From Macrostomum lignano (taxonomy: Eukaryota), in contig NIVC01000014.1 in NCBI GenBank assembly GCA_002269645.1, positions 186,001 to 250,000 of the forward strand: DNA of 64,000 nucleotides. Reading direction: 5' to 3'. This document shows, piece by piece, positions 32,855-47,110 of this stretch. The first letter of the stretch is position 1. Each line of letters begins with the position of its first letter. Below the pieces are notes generated by a model. That model worked only from the letters and a program-made list of their open reading frames with translations, did no database searches and was not told where the DNA came from. Made by a program: the position numbers and the translations under genes.

Positions 32855-35800
32855 GCTGAGCAGAACTGGCTACCATTGTCACTCAACACTTGCTGTGGGA
32901 TGCCAAATTGTGGGAACATTTCTCGTAGACATTCTATCGTCCTGTTGGTAGTTGTGTGCTTCATGGGAAAGATCTCAACCTATTTAATTGTTGCATCGAC
33001 TATAACAAGCCAGTAGTCCATGGAATGGTCCCATGTAGTCCAGTTGAATTCAAGTCCAAGGCCTTTCTGGCTAGACAAGAGGCTTAACTGGTGCTTGTGC
33101 AGGCAAATTCCTTTGCAGCTGACAGCCTTCACAACTACAGACTAGGGCTTCTATAGCCTTGTCGATTCCTGGATTGAATTCCTTCAATCATGAAGCAGTT
33201 CTAACATAACCTGTTGTACGCTTCTTGGAATAATTACTCTTACTCCCCAAAATAGCACACCTTGCTCAATGCAAAACTTGTTCCGCTTCCTGAAGTACTG
33301 TTCCAGCTCTTGCTCACAGGTGTCTGGCCAACCATTTTGACAGTATCAAACAACTCTCTGAAACTATGAATCTTTCTGTTTCTCGGTTCATATTGTTTCT
33401 GAATTGACTGGTAGCATTTCTAGCCTCACCTCCAAGACACGATCAACCTTGCTGATATTACTAGGCACTGGGAGACATGAAAGTGTGTCAGCATTAGAAT
33501 GATCCTCTGTTCTTCTGAATTTGATGGTATACTGATAGGCAGAAAGCAACATGGCCCAGCGCTGAAGTCTGCTTGCTGCTATGCTCGGAATGTCCTTCTT
33601 ATCTCCAAAAATGGTCAGTAAGGGTTTATGGTCAATCACTAGTATAAAATGATGTCCAAAAAAATATTGGTGAAATCTTTTAACTCTAAAGACGATGGCC
33701 AGCGCTTCTTTCTCTAGTTGAGAGTAGTTTATCTCAGGTTTTGTTAGAGTTCTCAAAGCAAACGCTACAGGCCTTTCCTTGCCATTTGGCATCAAATGTG
33801 AGATGACACACCCAATTCCATATTTGGAGGCATCCATTTGCAACACAAGCTGCTTCTTAGGATCAAAATGAGCCAGAACACACTCAGACATTAGAGTTGC
33901 CTTCACTTTCTCAAATGCTGCCAAACATGCCTCACTCCAATGAAACTCTGCGTCTTTGTGCAATAGTCTGTTGAGAGGTACCAGTATTGATGATAGGTTT
34001 GGAATAAACTTTCCATAATAGCTGATCATTCCTATCAAGGAACGAACCTCTGACACGTTAGTTGGTGTTGGAGCTTCATGAATTGCCTGAACTTTCTCTT
34101 TCAAGAGATAGATTCCTGATTCATCGATAATGTAGCCCAAGAATTCAAATCTGTTTAGGCGGAATTCACACTTTTTCCGATTTAAATGCACACCGTGTGC
34201 TAAAAGATGTTCTAATACAGCTTCCAACCTTTTGTCATGGTCTTTCAAATAACTGCCGGATACAATAATGTCGTCTATATAGACAACTACTTCTAAGCCT
34301 TGTAAAATTTTCTCCATCGCTTCTTGAAATTGCACAGGGGCTAATGCCAGACCCATTGACAGTCGCTCGTATTGGAACAAACCCAGATGTATGTTAATTG
34401 TAGCAAACTTTTTGCACAAATCCTCCAGTTCCAGTTGTAAAAACACTTGCAAAATATCCAATTTCAAGAAGACTCTTCCACCATTCAGAGTTGCGAAAAT
34501 TTCTTCTGGTTTCGGCAGAGGGTACTTATCAACTTCCAATTGGGGATTAATGGTTCTCTTGAAATCAGCGCAAATCCTTATGGATTTTGCATCATGCTTC
34601 AAAACTGGGACAATCGGAGATGCAAAGTCTGATGTGCTCACTTTTTTATTATGCCTTGAGCTTTCAAATTTGCCAGCTCTTCTTCAATGAGGCTTTTGAT
34701 TGCAAATGGCACTGGTCAACTCTAGCAAAACTTTGGAATGAAGTTTTCTTTTAATAGTATTCTGGCCTTTAACCCTTTGATAGTGCCAAGGCTTTTAGCA
34801 AACACTTGATCATACTTCTTCATTAACTGCTTGATAGGTGGAACCAACGTTGTTGTTTTCACATGGGTAAACTTGCTCCAGTCAATTTTCAACAAAGAAA
34901 GCTAGTCCCGACCTAGAAGATTCACTCTGTCTCCCTTCACAACAAGCACAGTTAGTTGATACTGTCTTTCCTGATAATCAGTTATGGTAATAGTAGCTTT
35001 GCCCAGAACTGGTATAAGATGATCTGTGTAACTTGACAGTCTAACATTAGATTTAGACCACCTTAAGCCAATTTTCTTGCCAGTATTTTCATTAATAAAG
35101 GTTTTGTCTGCGCCAGTATCCAGTTGGAAATTTATAAAATGCCCATTTATATTTAACTCGCACATATACGGTGCTGATCCACTAAAAGCCAGCCATTCCT
35201 ATAGCAAACACAGTCCTGATCTTGGAATGCTTGTCTCGACCACCGCAGTCCAAACCCTCACTTTCTGACTCACTGTCGAAATTCCGTGCATAATGCACCT
35301 TACTGGACTTCCCACGTTTTGAAGAGTTGAATCGCTTCGACTTGCCATTTCTAGACTCTTTTGCTTTGTCCTTTGTATGGCATGCATCTCTAAGATGTCC
35401 TACTTGGCCACATTTGCTGCACATTTTATTCCTATATGGATAGCTCCTTGCCCAATGATCCTTTGTGTTACAGCGGAAACATCCATCTTGGGCGCGGCTC
35501 CTTTTCCCATGTTGCGCTGCAGTTGATTGCTTGTTAGTTTCCTTCGAGAAATTGACACTATGACCAACTCCTGTGGCAGAGGTGATAGTCACGACTCCTA
35601 GCTCTGCTGCTTCCATCGCAGTTGCTAGCGTTAATGCACCCGACAGGGTCAGTGTCTTTTCTTGTAGCAATCGCTGCTAGATGAGCCCATTCCTGAGGCC
35701 AATGACGAACCTGTCAGTCCTGTCTCTCAGTGCCTCCTCCAAGAACTTGTCAAAACCACATGTGGCTGCCAATCTCTGCAGACTTGCAACAAAGTCACTC

Positions 35801-36418
35801 ACTGTTTCTCCTTCATGTTGGACTCTGCTGTGGAAGTTGTACTGCTCGACAACAATCTTTGGCTTTGGGTTGAAGTGTTCCCTCAGCGACTTCACTTGTT
35901 CATTGTATGCCACATCCTTTGGCTTCTTAGGCAATAGTAGGTTGCGTAGCAATTGATAACAGTCATTGCCTATCACTGTGATCAAGCTTGCTTGCTTTTG
36001 TGCCTCCTTGGTCATTTTATTCACGACGAGAAATTGTTCTAGCTGCTCTTTGTAGGCTTCCCATTGATCTGGTTTAGCCATGTCAAACTCGCCAATTTTT
36101 GTACTTATTGCCATTGTTATGTCTTCTGCTCCGACATGGAGCTGCTACATTTAAGTAAGAAGACAACGGTTTGCTTAGGCGTTTGAGCTATCGTATTGCT
36201 CCCGTAGTTGCGAACTCCTCTTGGGATTCATGTTGTAACTAGCTCGTACTTTATTATAAAATAATAGGTTGTGCCCTAGACAACAAAACATTGGGCTGGG
36301 GGCATACTCTGTGTCTTCTCTGTTAATATACAACATATAGTGACCAATAGAGCCAGAGAAAGAAAAAAAGTATTATAGTATCCATTTACTAAAAATGAAA
36401 ATCTGGTTTGCTTGTATG

Positions 36419-36986
36419 CCAGTGTGCGGATCATGTACCCATGTATGCTGGAAAAAATTTGGGCGTCAAGGACTTTTTATGCCAGTGTACGCCAAAAACA
36501 AAAAGTTGCACTAATGTACACCAAAAATTCCTAAAAAAAGGTCATTCGGTTTCATGAGTAGAGTTTTCTAAGAAAGGCTTTCGTATGAAAAGTGTTTTTA
36601 AAATATTATGAATATTTTCAATTTAAACAAACTTAAATTATACCTACAAAAATATGATGCAAAATTAATACTCTTAGCAAAAATTTACACTAATTTTATT
36701 TATTATTAATTTAAAAAAAGCAAAAAGTTTATCACTGACGATATAAATTTTCCTTTACTTTACATAAAAATGTTAATTTACATTACAATTTTCATGAACA
36801 GCATGAATTTATTCACCAAAATTTGTATGCCAAAAAAGTATGCATGGCTGTGTTACTTGTGTATGCCAATAGTGTATGCCAACGCGCCAAGGGTTGTGTA
36901 TGCTGATTGTGTACGCCAAGGACTTAAGGTGGCCATTTTGTACACCGGAAAAGTTCCAGCGTACATGCATACCATCTGCAACCTGG
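36419..36986. mobile_element. hAT-type MITE with imperfect TIRs
   Basis: Ends CCAGTGTGCGGAT and ATCTGCAACCTGG; 8-bp TSD CTTGTATG at 36411 and 36987. Confidence 0.8.
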
Positions 36987-38289
36987 CTTGTATGCAATTC
37001 ATATCTAAAAAAAATCAAATAAAATTTTATTTGACTAGTAACCTAGACTTAGTAGGTTAAAGCTTTAACTTTATTTATCATTAGACTTAGATCTAGCTAT
37101 TTACTTTAAGCTAATTCGTTTTCCTATTATCTTTATCAATATATTCATTGTCAAGGATATATAGAAAGAGTAGTCATTATAATTTATTTCAAATAAAGTT
37201 CTTATTAATATTGCTAATAAAGAATTAATTTTTTAAATTATAAATGTTTTTATTAAAAATATATAATAGAATTAGAAAGATCATTATAAGCTATTTAAAA
37301 TAAAGCCTTTGTTACCAACAAGGTTTTTACCAAAGCCATAGTGACTTGATTCTATTAAGCAAAATCATTATTGCCAAGATGGTCTATTATCAAAATTTAC
37401 TATTGCTAATAATACTATATATTAGATAGTTAGCTAGTTTTTTCCTGAGACAAGATGCCAAATTACACATTGTAACCAATTTCAAAGTGCAATTTTAGGG
37501 CTCAGAATGCAATTTCTCTTTTTTCTAAGTGCAAATAAGGCCTAAAAATGAAAATAGTTTGTGAGACCATATCTAAATTGTATCTACTTTTTCAATTTCA
37601 AGGTGCAATTTCAAAATTCAGGGTTTAAAGGCACATTCTATGCTCAAAAACCTAGATAGTATGGCTAAAGGCTTAGGAGTAGACCTAGATTCAAATTTTA
37701 TCATAATATATTATATTATATATATTAAAATAATAATGTTAGACATAGGGCCTAAGATAAGCATAGCCTATAAAATAATCCAACATTGGCTAATGTCTTA
37801 CTGATGTTAGCACTGACCTTTGACCAATATCATATAACATATATATAAATATGATATTAAATGTTTTTTCCTTGGTCAAATGTCAGGCTGACATCAAGGT
37901 CAACAAATTTTCTATTTTAATTTTTTGCCTGTCAACCTGATTTATTATTTGTGTTTTTATAGCAACCTGGTAGCAATATGCACATTAAAAGCCTAGTTAA
38001 TCAGCTAATTTGTACCCCCCTTATTAAAGATGACCTAATAGATTAAATCTTGACTCTGTATAAGTTTTAGAGCTTTATATTTTATTGTTCCGGCTAGTAT
38101 TTACTACTTAAAACTTCAAAATTAATAATATCTTATATAGTTAATGAATGACAGTTTGACATCTACTTGGTTCAAATTGCAGCTGGGCAGCCAGAAGAAA
38201 AGCAATTATTTGGTGCACAGATTTCTACATACAAAAGAGGTCCAGTTGGCCCAAAAAATCATACCATTTGTACTGCTTAGAATTGCTGC

Positions 38290-40650
38290 ATGGTACACAG
38301 ATGCAAAGTGAACTCCCACAGTGGCAGTAGTAGCAGCGGCAGCACTGGTGCCGGCAGCAGCGGCTCCTTAGGCGGTGGAATTCTCAAACACTCCAATTAT
38401 CAGCATCACCACCACCAGAATATGACGCAGTCCAATAACAATGTGACTTTGTCTCCAGGTCATCATTCACCATCGACTTCGTCCACTAGGTCAACAGGCA
38501 GTCCAGCTGCTGGCTTATCTGGAGCTTCATCATCGTCCGCAGCATCGGTATCAGCGGTGGCGTCTTCCTCAACTTCGTCAACTAGTTTAGCGGGTCCTTC
38601 AGTGACATTTGCTGCTGGCGTTGCTGGCGGAAGCAGCAGTGCAGGTAGCAGTAGTCGACGCCAGCGCATCCTTCATCACCAGCCGCATCATCAGCATCAG
38701 CTGGAACGACTGCAGCATCCGAACACTTACCTGTGGACTAAGTTGGAGCGCCTATTAGAACGGATGCAGAACGAAGATTCTGGTATTAGTGTTCGCACCG
38801 TGAAATCGTTTATGTCCTCCAGGCCGTCGTGTTTTACTGGGGCGGAGATGTGCAGCTGGCTGCAGGCCAACGCTGACGCTGATGATGCTCAGGAAGCGTC
38901 CCATTTGGCTACTATGCTGGCTACTCACGGTTACATCATACCTGTTGAAGGGCATCAGTTAGCTGTTCGCAACGATTCCTCCTATTATCGATTTCAAACT
39001 CCATGTCTATGGCCGAGTAAATCTCCGGAAAGATTAGATAATACCGACTATGCTGTTTACCTGTGCAAGCGGACTCTATTAAATAAGCAGCGATTAGAAC
39101 TGGCCGATTATGAAGCTGAAAACTTGGCTAGATTGCAACGATTATTGTCGCATAAATGGGAATTGATTTATTTGCAAGCTGAGGCTGAGGCTAAAGTTGA
39201 CAGGTAATTAGTGGGATTGTGCGTTATTTGGTTAGATGGTAATATTCACTAGTTTAGCAGCCCATTTAGCTATTTCAAGCAACAGATGCTTCCTAAAAAC
39301 CATCAGGTTCCAACTATCCATGCTTTTTAGCTAGTGAAGTCTACTAATAGTAGTATATGTTATAATTAGAATTTTAAGTTACCCGACAGCCGTGTGCCGC
39401 TAGGTAACCAGCTGCAACTGACTGTTAAATTCCAGTAGTAAGACTAGTCACGATTATCATCTTTTGTTGCAATTGTGCAATTGTGTGCATACAAACTTGA
39501 CATGGAATAATGATAGTCCTTTTAAGGTCTATCCGGGGGAGATTAGTTAAAGGTCTAAGGTGCCCCTTAGTGGAATGAGGGCTTGCCGTGTTTCTTGTTA
39601 AAAGTCGCGCCTGAAGCGTGAAGTTACTAATCTTGTCTCTCTCCCTATTATCCGAGTAAAACTCAGGTAATTACGATTATAATTAGAAAAATGAGGCAGA
39701 TGCTCTCTACACGCAACTCAGTGATTCTACAGTGACTCTAGCACGCCTAAGATTCGACTCAACGGCTCCAGAGTTATTATAGAAGCGCCCCATAGTCACT
39801 TGAGTCGTCCAAGAGTCACTAGAGAGTCGCTCAAGAGTCACTAGAGTCGCCCGAGAGTCGCTTGAGTCGCCTAAGAGTCACTAGAGTCGCCCTAGAGTCG
39901 CTTGAGTCGCCCCAGAGTCACTAGAGTCGCCCAAGAGTCGCTTAAGTCGCCCCAGAGTCACTAGAGTCGCCCAAGAGTCACTAGAGTCGCCCCAGAATCA
40001 CTTGAGTCGCCCCAGAATCACTTGAGTCGCCCCAGAATCACTTGAGTCGCCCCAGAATCACTTGAGTCGCCCCAGAATCACTTGAGTCGCCCCAGAATCA
40101 CTTCAGAGTCGCAGAAAATCAAAAAGCCTCAAAATGGACTCTTAAGCGGATCTTGGACCACTTTTTGGCGGCTTTTATCGTCGTTTTAGAGTCATATACA
40201 GTCACTTTCTTCCTATTTTACCTGTGTTATCAGCAACGACTCTGGGGCGACACAAGTAACTCTGGGACGCTTCTTGGCGTGGATACCGTTTTCTTCGATA
40301 TAGTAAATCTAATGGCTAACTTTCTAGGAAATGCGACCGTTTGGAGCGTCGAGTCCTGGAAAGTCAAGAGCGCGGTTTCTGGATCCTGTACAGACCGCCC
40401 CCGGGCACCGTGAGCAGCACCGAGCTGAACATGCGCAAGCTTTGCCGGGCCAAACGGCCCAAGAAACCCAGCCAGAGACCCGCAAATTTTCCCATACCGA
40501 GCGGCCGGGTCAGCCCGGTTGAGGCTTGCGAATCCGATATGCACGCTGATAAGCTGAGGGCCGCGCTGGCCCGCTGCAGGGTTCGGGTGAGTGCTGGCTT
40601 TTGTTGTGGAATGTTATCCAGCTGTGTCTTTGTCTGGCTGTCTGTCTGTG

Positions 40651-40725
<75 letters not shown>

Positions 40726-40772
40726 GTGTCTGTCTGTCTGTCTGTGTCTGTCTGTCTGTCTGTCTGTCTTAG

Positions 40773-40813
<41 letters not shown>

Positions 40814-40840
40814 TAGTGTCTGTCTGTCTGCCTGTCTTAG

Positions 40841-40875
<35 letters not shown>

Positions 40876-40948
40876 GTGTCTGTCTGTCTGTCTGTCTGTG
40901 TGTCTGTCTGTCTGTGTGTCTGTCTGTCTGTGTGTCTGTCTGTCTTAG

Positions 40949-41009
<61 letters not shown>

Positions 41010-44000
41010 GAGTGTCTATCTGTCTGTCTGTCTGTTTCTCTGTTCATCTACATATCTATCATGTGCCATCTATTACGTCTTGATAATAGATAAGATGCAC
41101 CTTATTACCTAAAATATTTATTAATGTCGTTCGAAGGCCAATTCAATCAACGAGACACTTAGCATTTAAAAAGGAATATCTCCAGCTGGAATTTAGTGCA
41201 TAATTAATTATAATATTGAGAGGACTTCTTCTCATCAAAGGAATTCACAAGCGAGGTTACTGCTTCTCTGTCAGGTCCTTGGTTTCTCCATCTCTCCATT
41301 TCTGCTTAGAATTCTCTACATTTATCTTCAAAGAACAGATCCCGCCACTGCCAGACTTCTGCTGTTGCGATGGATTCGCTTGTGCTTATTTTCCCCCTTA
41401 GATATTTCCCCTTGGATTAGCCAGAAAGGCACAGTATCGATAGTCGGTATCGGGTGTACGCAAGCGGGCATGAATCATTAGCTTGGTCATTGACTGGTTT
41501 ATTTTATGGATTCTGTAGATTTCTTCTGTTTCTTTAATAAGATCACTTCGCTGTGACAAGCTTCTATTTGCATGTTGATAGATTCCTGATTCATCTGCAT
41601 GGATTGTTTCGACAAGCAAACCAAATTTGAGATGCATGTCTGTCCTCACCGGTAGGGTGGTTCTACTCACCGGTAGGGTGCTTGTCCTCACCGGTAGGTT
41701 CCTGTCCTCACCGGTAGGGTGCCTGTCCTCACCGGTAGGTTCCTGTCCTCACCGGTAGGGTGCCTGTCCTCACCAGTAGGTTCCTGTCCTCACCGGTAGG
41801 GTGCCTGTCCTCACCAGTAGGTTCCTGTCCTCACCGGTAGGGTGCCTGTCCTCACCGGTAGGTTCCTGTCCTCACCGGTAGGTTGCCTGTCCTCACCAGT
41901 AGGTTCCTGTCCTCACCGGTAGGGTGCCTGTCCTCACCGGTAGGGTGCCTGTCCTCACCGGTAGGGTGCCTGTCCTCACCAGTAGGTTCCTGTCCTCACC
42001 GGTAGGTTGCCTGTCCTCACCAGTAGGTTCCTGTCCTCACCGGTAGGTTGCCTGTCCTCACCAGTAGGGTGCCTGTCCTCGCCAGTAGGTTGCCTGTCCT
42101 CACCGGTAGGGTGCCTGTCCTCACCGATTGGGTGCCTGTCCTCACCGGTAGGGTGCCTGTCCTCACCGATTGGGTGCCTGTCCTCACCGGTAGGGTGCCT
42201 GTCCTCACCGATTGGGTGCCTGTCCTCACCGGTAGGGTGCCTGTCCGCCTGTCCCTATCGCCAGATTGCAGCGTCCCAGCCGGGCCGGTCAAACTGCTGT
42301 TCTATAATCTAGCAAATCCGTCAAATAAGAAGCATGTTTTTATATTTCATGTCCGATCTGACCGCTATTACATCACCCTTTCATTCGCAGATATCGAAAT
42401 CGGCCGAGTGCTTCACCGCCCACTGCAGCCAGTGGCTGGAATTCGACGCATTCTTAGGCGGCGGCCTACCGGAGTCCTGTCCAAATCCATGGGCCACGGA
42501 TTCGCTAGAGTTTTGGGAGTCGGAACGGCGAACTCACGACATACCGGCTAGGCGGGTGAAGCGATGGGCCTTCGACATGCAAGAGTTGCTAAGGGACCCG
42601 GCTGGTAGAATTGAGTTCGAGCGCTGGCTGGAGAAGGAGTTTAGCAGGGAGAACCTCAGCTTCTGGGAGGCTTGTCAGGTTTGTTTAGTGTTGATGCTTT
42701 TATGTTTATAAATAGCAGATAGTCTAGAACCCTAAACCAATCATCTAGATCCCTAAACCAATCATCTAGATCCCTAAACCAATAGTCTAGAACCCTAAAC
42801 CAATAATCTAGATCCCTAAACCAATAATCTAATCCCTAAACCAATAGTCTAAGTCCGTAAACCAATAATCTAGATCCCTAAACCAATAGTCTAGAACCCT
42901 AAACCAATAATCTAGATCCCTAAACCAATAGTCTAGATCCCTAAACCAATAATATAGATCCCTAAACCAATAGTCTAGATCCCTAAACCAATAGTCTAGA
43001 ACCCTAAACCAATAGTCTAGATCCCTAAACCAATAGTCTAGAACCCTAAACCAATAATCTAGATCCCTAAACCAATAGTCTAAATCCCTAAACCAATAAT
43101 ATAGATCCCTAAACCAATAGTCTAGATCCCTAAACCAATAGTCTAGATCCCTAAACCAATAGTCTAGAACCCTAAACCAATAGTCTAGATCCCTAAACCA
43201 ATAGTATAGATCCCTAAACCAATAATCTAGATCCCTAAACCAATAATATAGATCCCTAAACCAATAGTCTAGAACCCTAAACCAATAATCTAGATCCCTA
43301 AACCAATAGTCTAGAACCCTAAACCAATAATCTAATCCCTAAACCAATAATCTAAGTCCGTAAACCAATAATATAGATCCCTAAACCAATAGTCTAGAAC
43401 CCTAAACCAATAATCTAGATCCCTAAACCAATAATCTAATCCCTAAACCAATAGTCTAAGTCCGTAAACCAATAATCTAGATCCCTAAACCAATAGTCTA
43501 GAACCCTAAACCAATAATCTAGATCCCTAAACCAATAGTCTAGAACCCTAAACCAATAGTCTAGAATCCTAAACCAATAGTCTAGAACCCTAAACCAATA
43601 ATCTAGATCCCTAAACCAATAATCTAGATCCCTAAACCAATAGTCTAGAACCCTAAACCAATAATCTAGATCGCTAAACCAATAATCTAGATCCCTAAAC
43701 CAATAGTCTAGATCCCTAAACCAATAGTATAGATCCCTAAACCAATAATCTAGATCCCTAAACCAATAATCTAGATCCCTAAACCAATAATCTAGATCCC
43801 TAAACCAATAGTCTAGAACCCTAAACCAATAATCTAGATCGCTAAACCAATAATCTAGATCCCTAAACCAATAGTCTAGATCCCTAAACCAAAAGTCTAG
43901 ATCCCTAAACCAATAGTATAGATCCCTAAACCAATAATCTAGATCCCTAAACCAATAATCTAGATCCCTAAACCAATAGTCTAGATCCCTAAACCAATAA

Positions 44001-45729
44001 TCTAAGTCCGTAAACCAATAGTCTAAAACCCCAAACCAATACTCTAGATCCCTAAACCATAGTTTTCTAAATTGTCAGTAGAAAAAATATTATTATTGCA
44101 ATCGAAATTAAGGACATGGATTTCGTCCGCCCTCCCAGATGCTTCAGCCAATTATCCAAGCAGAAAATTGTCATTTTTAAATAAAATCTTTTTTTAGCAC
44201 GCCAGCATGCAGACACGTTAAATCGATTTCTTTTAGGAAATGTCATTACCGAAAACATGGAAAAGGTGGGTTCAGGTTTAATGCTCTGGGAACTGGAATT
44301 TTCAACCCTGGTCTTAAGGAATTAAGTAATTCACTTTTGTTAATCACTTTCAATATATCCATCTAGAATTCGAGTTGAATTTGCCTGATATCCCATCGTA
44401 TCAGTTTATTCAAAGTGAGAATCTCTCTCTCTAATCATAATCACCCTGAGAATCGCCTTTTAACCACTTTAAGAATCGCCTTTTAATCACCCTGAGAATT
44501 TCCCTTTTATCACCCTGAGAATCGCCCTTAACCACCCTAAGAATCGCCCTTAACCACCCTAAGAATCGCCCTTTAATAACCCTGAAAATTGCTCTTTCAT
44601 CACTCTGAGAATCGCCCTTCAATCACCCTGAGAATCGCCCTTCAATCACCCTGAGAATCGCCCTTCAATCACCCTGAGAATCGCCCTTCAATCACCCTGA
44701 GAATCGCCCTTCAATCACCCTGAGAATCGCCCTTCAATCACCCTGAGAATCGCCCTTCAATCACCCTGAGAATCGCCCTTCAATCACCCTGAGAATCGCC
44801 CTTCAATCACCCTGAGAATCGCCCTTCAATCACCCTGAGAATCGCCCTTTAATCACCCTGAGAATCGCCCTTCAATCACCCTGAGAATCGCCCTTAACCA
44901 CCCTAAGAATCGCCCTTTAATAACCCTGAAAATTGCTCTTTCATCACTCTGAGAATCGCCCTTCAATCACCCTGAGAATCGCCCTTCAATCACCCTGAGA
45001 ATCGCCCTTCAATCACCCTGAGAATCGCCCTTCAATCACCCTGAGAATCGCCCTTCAATCACCCTGAGAATCGCCCTTCAATCACCCTGAGAATCGCCCT
45101 TCAATCACCCTGAGAATCGCCCTCTAAGCGATATTATAATTGCCTTCATCAAGCACCCTAAAAATCGCCTCTAATCCAGCATTAAAAATCGGACCCCATC
45201 CGCCTTGTATTGATAGAACAGCCTCTCACCGTCTCCCCGCCTACGCCAAAATCCTTGTCAGGAGCTTCGCCGAATCCCCCTGAGCCAAGTTGGCGCCGAG
45301 CTGCAGCGAATCTATTCGAATTTTCTCGGCCCGGACGCCCAAGAGCCGGTCAACTTGGCCGGCCACGTGGCCGAACGAGTCCGACGTCGAATGGAAGGCC
45401 GGCTATCGGATCGATTCGCATTCGAAGAGGCCGAAGAGAATATCTATCAGCTGATGAGGACGGACTCCTATAGTCGGTTTGTTCACTCCGACTATTATCG
45501 CGACCTGTTGGCCGGCTGTAAAAAGAAAAGTAAGAAACGATTTCCTAGCGATGTTAGAAAAAATCTGGCGGCCACTGCTTCGTCTGGCGGCGCCGGCCCC
45601 TCTTCCGACCCTAATAGCGGCGGATGTCCGGGTGACAGCGACATAGCGGCGGCTGCTACCGGTGCCGTTGCCACGACCAGCTCCAGCGGTGGAAGCTGTG
45701 GCGGCGGCGGTGGCGGCAGCACCAACTGA
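38290..45729 (+). CDS. RGS7: R7-family regulator of G-protein signalling (DEP-DHEX-GGL-RGS); exons 38290-39203, 40328-40586, 42391-42678, 45262-45729 (642 aa)
   Basis: [56 protein letters not shown] and [13 protein letters not shown]. Exons sum to 1929 nt in one frame. RGS7 versus RGS6/9/11 orthology is not resolved. Confidence 0.93.
39790..40105. repeat. 20-bp minisatellite (CTTGAGTCGCCCCAGAATCA), RGS intron 1
   Basis: Directly visible. Confidence 0.9.
40630..41035. repeat. (GTCT)n microsatellite, RGS intron 2
   Basis: Directly visible. Confidence 0.97.
41640..42250. repeat. 21-bp minisatellite (GGTAGGGTGCCTGTCCTCACC), RGS intron 2
   Basis: Directly visible. Confidence 0.95.
42720..44060. 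repeat. 21-bp minisatellite (TCTAGATCCCTAAACCAATA(A/G)), RGS intron 3
   Basis: About 60 copies, nearly all containing CCCTAAA. Confidence 0.97.
44440..45130. repeat. 23-bp minisatellite (CACCCTGAGAATCGCCCTTCAAT), RGS intron 3
   Basis: Directly visible. Confidence 0.95.
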
Positions 45730-45869
45730 CTTTGACAATACTCTACATCTCGTATCCACGCGCAAAGCGATTCAAATCGATTTACGTTTACATATCGGTA
45801 GTAAAAAGTTCTTGGATATATCAAGATCTCATTCCAGTGTTTAAACTTTAACGCCCTTAAACCTCAGTA

Positions 45870-47110
45870 ATCATGCCCCTTTGAATCACTGATAACCTTC
45901 CCCTGAATCACACCGTTAATCAGCCCCTGAATCACACTGATAATCAGCCCCTGAATCACACCGATAATCAGCCCCTGAATCACACCGATAATCAGCCCCT
46001 GAATCACACTGAGAATCATCTCCTGAACCACACGGATAATCAGCCCCTGAATCACACTGATAATCAGCCCCTGAATCACACCGATAATCAGCCCCTGAAT
46101 CACACTGATAATCAGCCCCTGAATCACACCGATAATCAGCCCCTGAATCACACTGATAATCAGCCCCTGAATCACACTGAGAATCATCTCCTGAACCACA
46201 CGGATAATCAGCCCCTGAATCACACTGATAATCAGCCCCTGAATCACACTGATAATCAGCCCATGAATCACACTGATAATCAGCCCCTGAATCACACCGA
46301 TAATCAGCCCCTGAATCACACTGATAATCAGCCCCTGAATCACACTGATAATCAGCCCATGAATCACACTGAGAATCAGCCCCTGAATCACACTGAGAAT
46401 CAGCCCCTGAATCACACTGATAATCAGCCCCTAAATCACACTGATAATCAGCCCCTGAAATTAAACTGATAATCAGCCCCTGAATCACACTGAGAATCAG
46501 CCCCTGAATCACACTGATAATCAGCCCCTGAATCACACTGATAATCAGCCCCTGAATCACACCGATAATCAGCCCCTGAATCACACTGATAATCAGCCCC
46601 TGAATCACACCGATAATCATCTCCTGAATCACACTGATAATCAGCCCCTAAATCACACTGATAATCAGCCCCTGAATCACACTGAGAATCATCTCCTGAA
46701 CCACACCGATAATCAGCCCCTGAATCACACTGATAATCAGCCCCTGAATCACACTGAGAATCAGCCCCTGAATCACACTGATAATCAGCCCCTGAATCAC
46801 ACCGATAATCAGCCCCTGAATCACACTGATAATCAGCCCCTGAATCACACTGATAATCAGCCCCTGAATCACACTGATAATCAGCCCCTGAATCACACTG
46901 ATAATCAGCCCCTGAATCACACTGATAATCAGCCCCTGAATCACACTGATAATCAGCCCCTGAATCATACTGATAATCAGCCCCTGAATCACACTGATAA
47001 TCAGCCCCTGAATCACACTGATAATCAGCCCCTGAATCACACTGAGAATCAGCCCCTGAATCACACTGAGAATCAGCCCCTGAATCACACTGATAATCAC
47101 CTCCTGAATC
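45870..47110. repeat. 24-bp minisatellite (TGATAATCAGCCCCTGAATCACAC)
   Basis: About 50 copies downstream of RGS. Confidence 0.97.

Larger units (their letters stand above)
30635..36335 (-). mobile_element. Full-length decayed Gypsy (Mag-like) LTR retrotransposon
   Basis: LTRs at 36115-36335 and 30635-31727 (the latter split by a MITE); 5-bp TSD TATAG at 30630 and 36336; PPT AAAAGGGGGAA at 31728-31738. Order is gag (36114), two CCHC knuckles, protease DTGA, RT YIDD, RNase H, integrase, with multiple stops. Confidence 0.97.
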
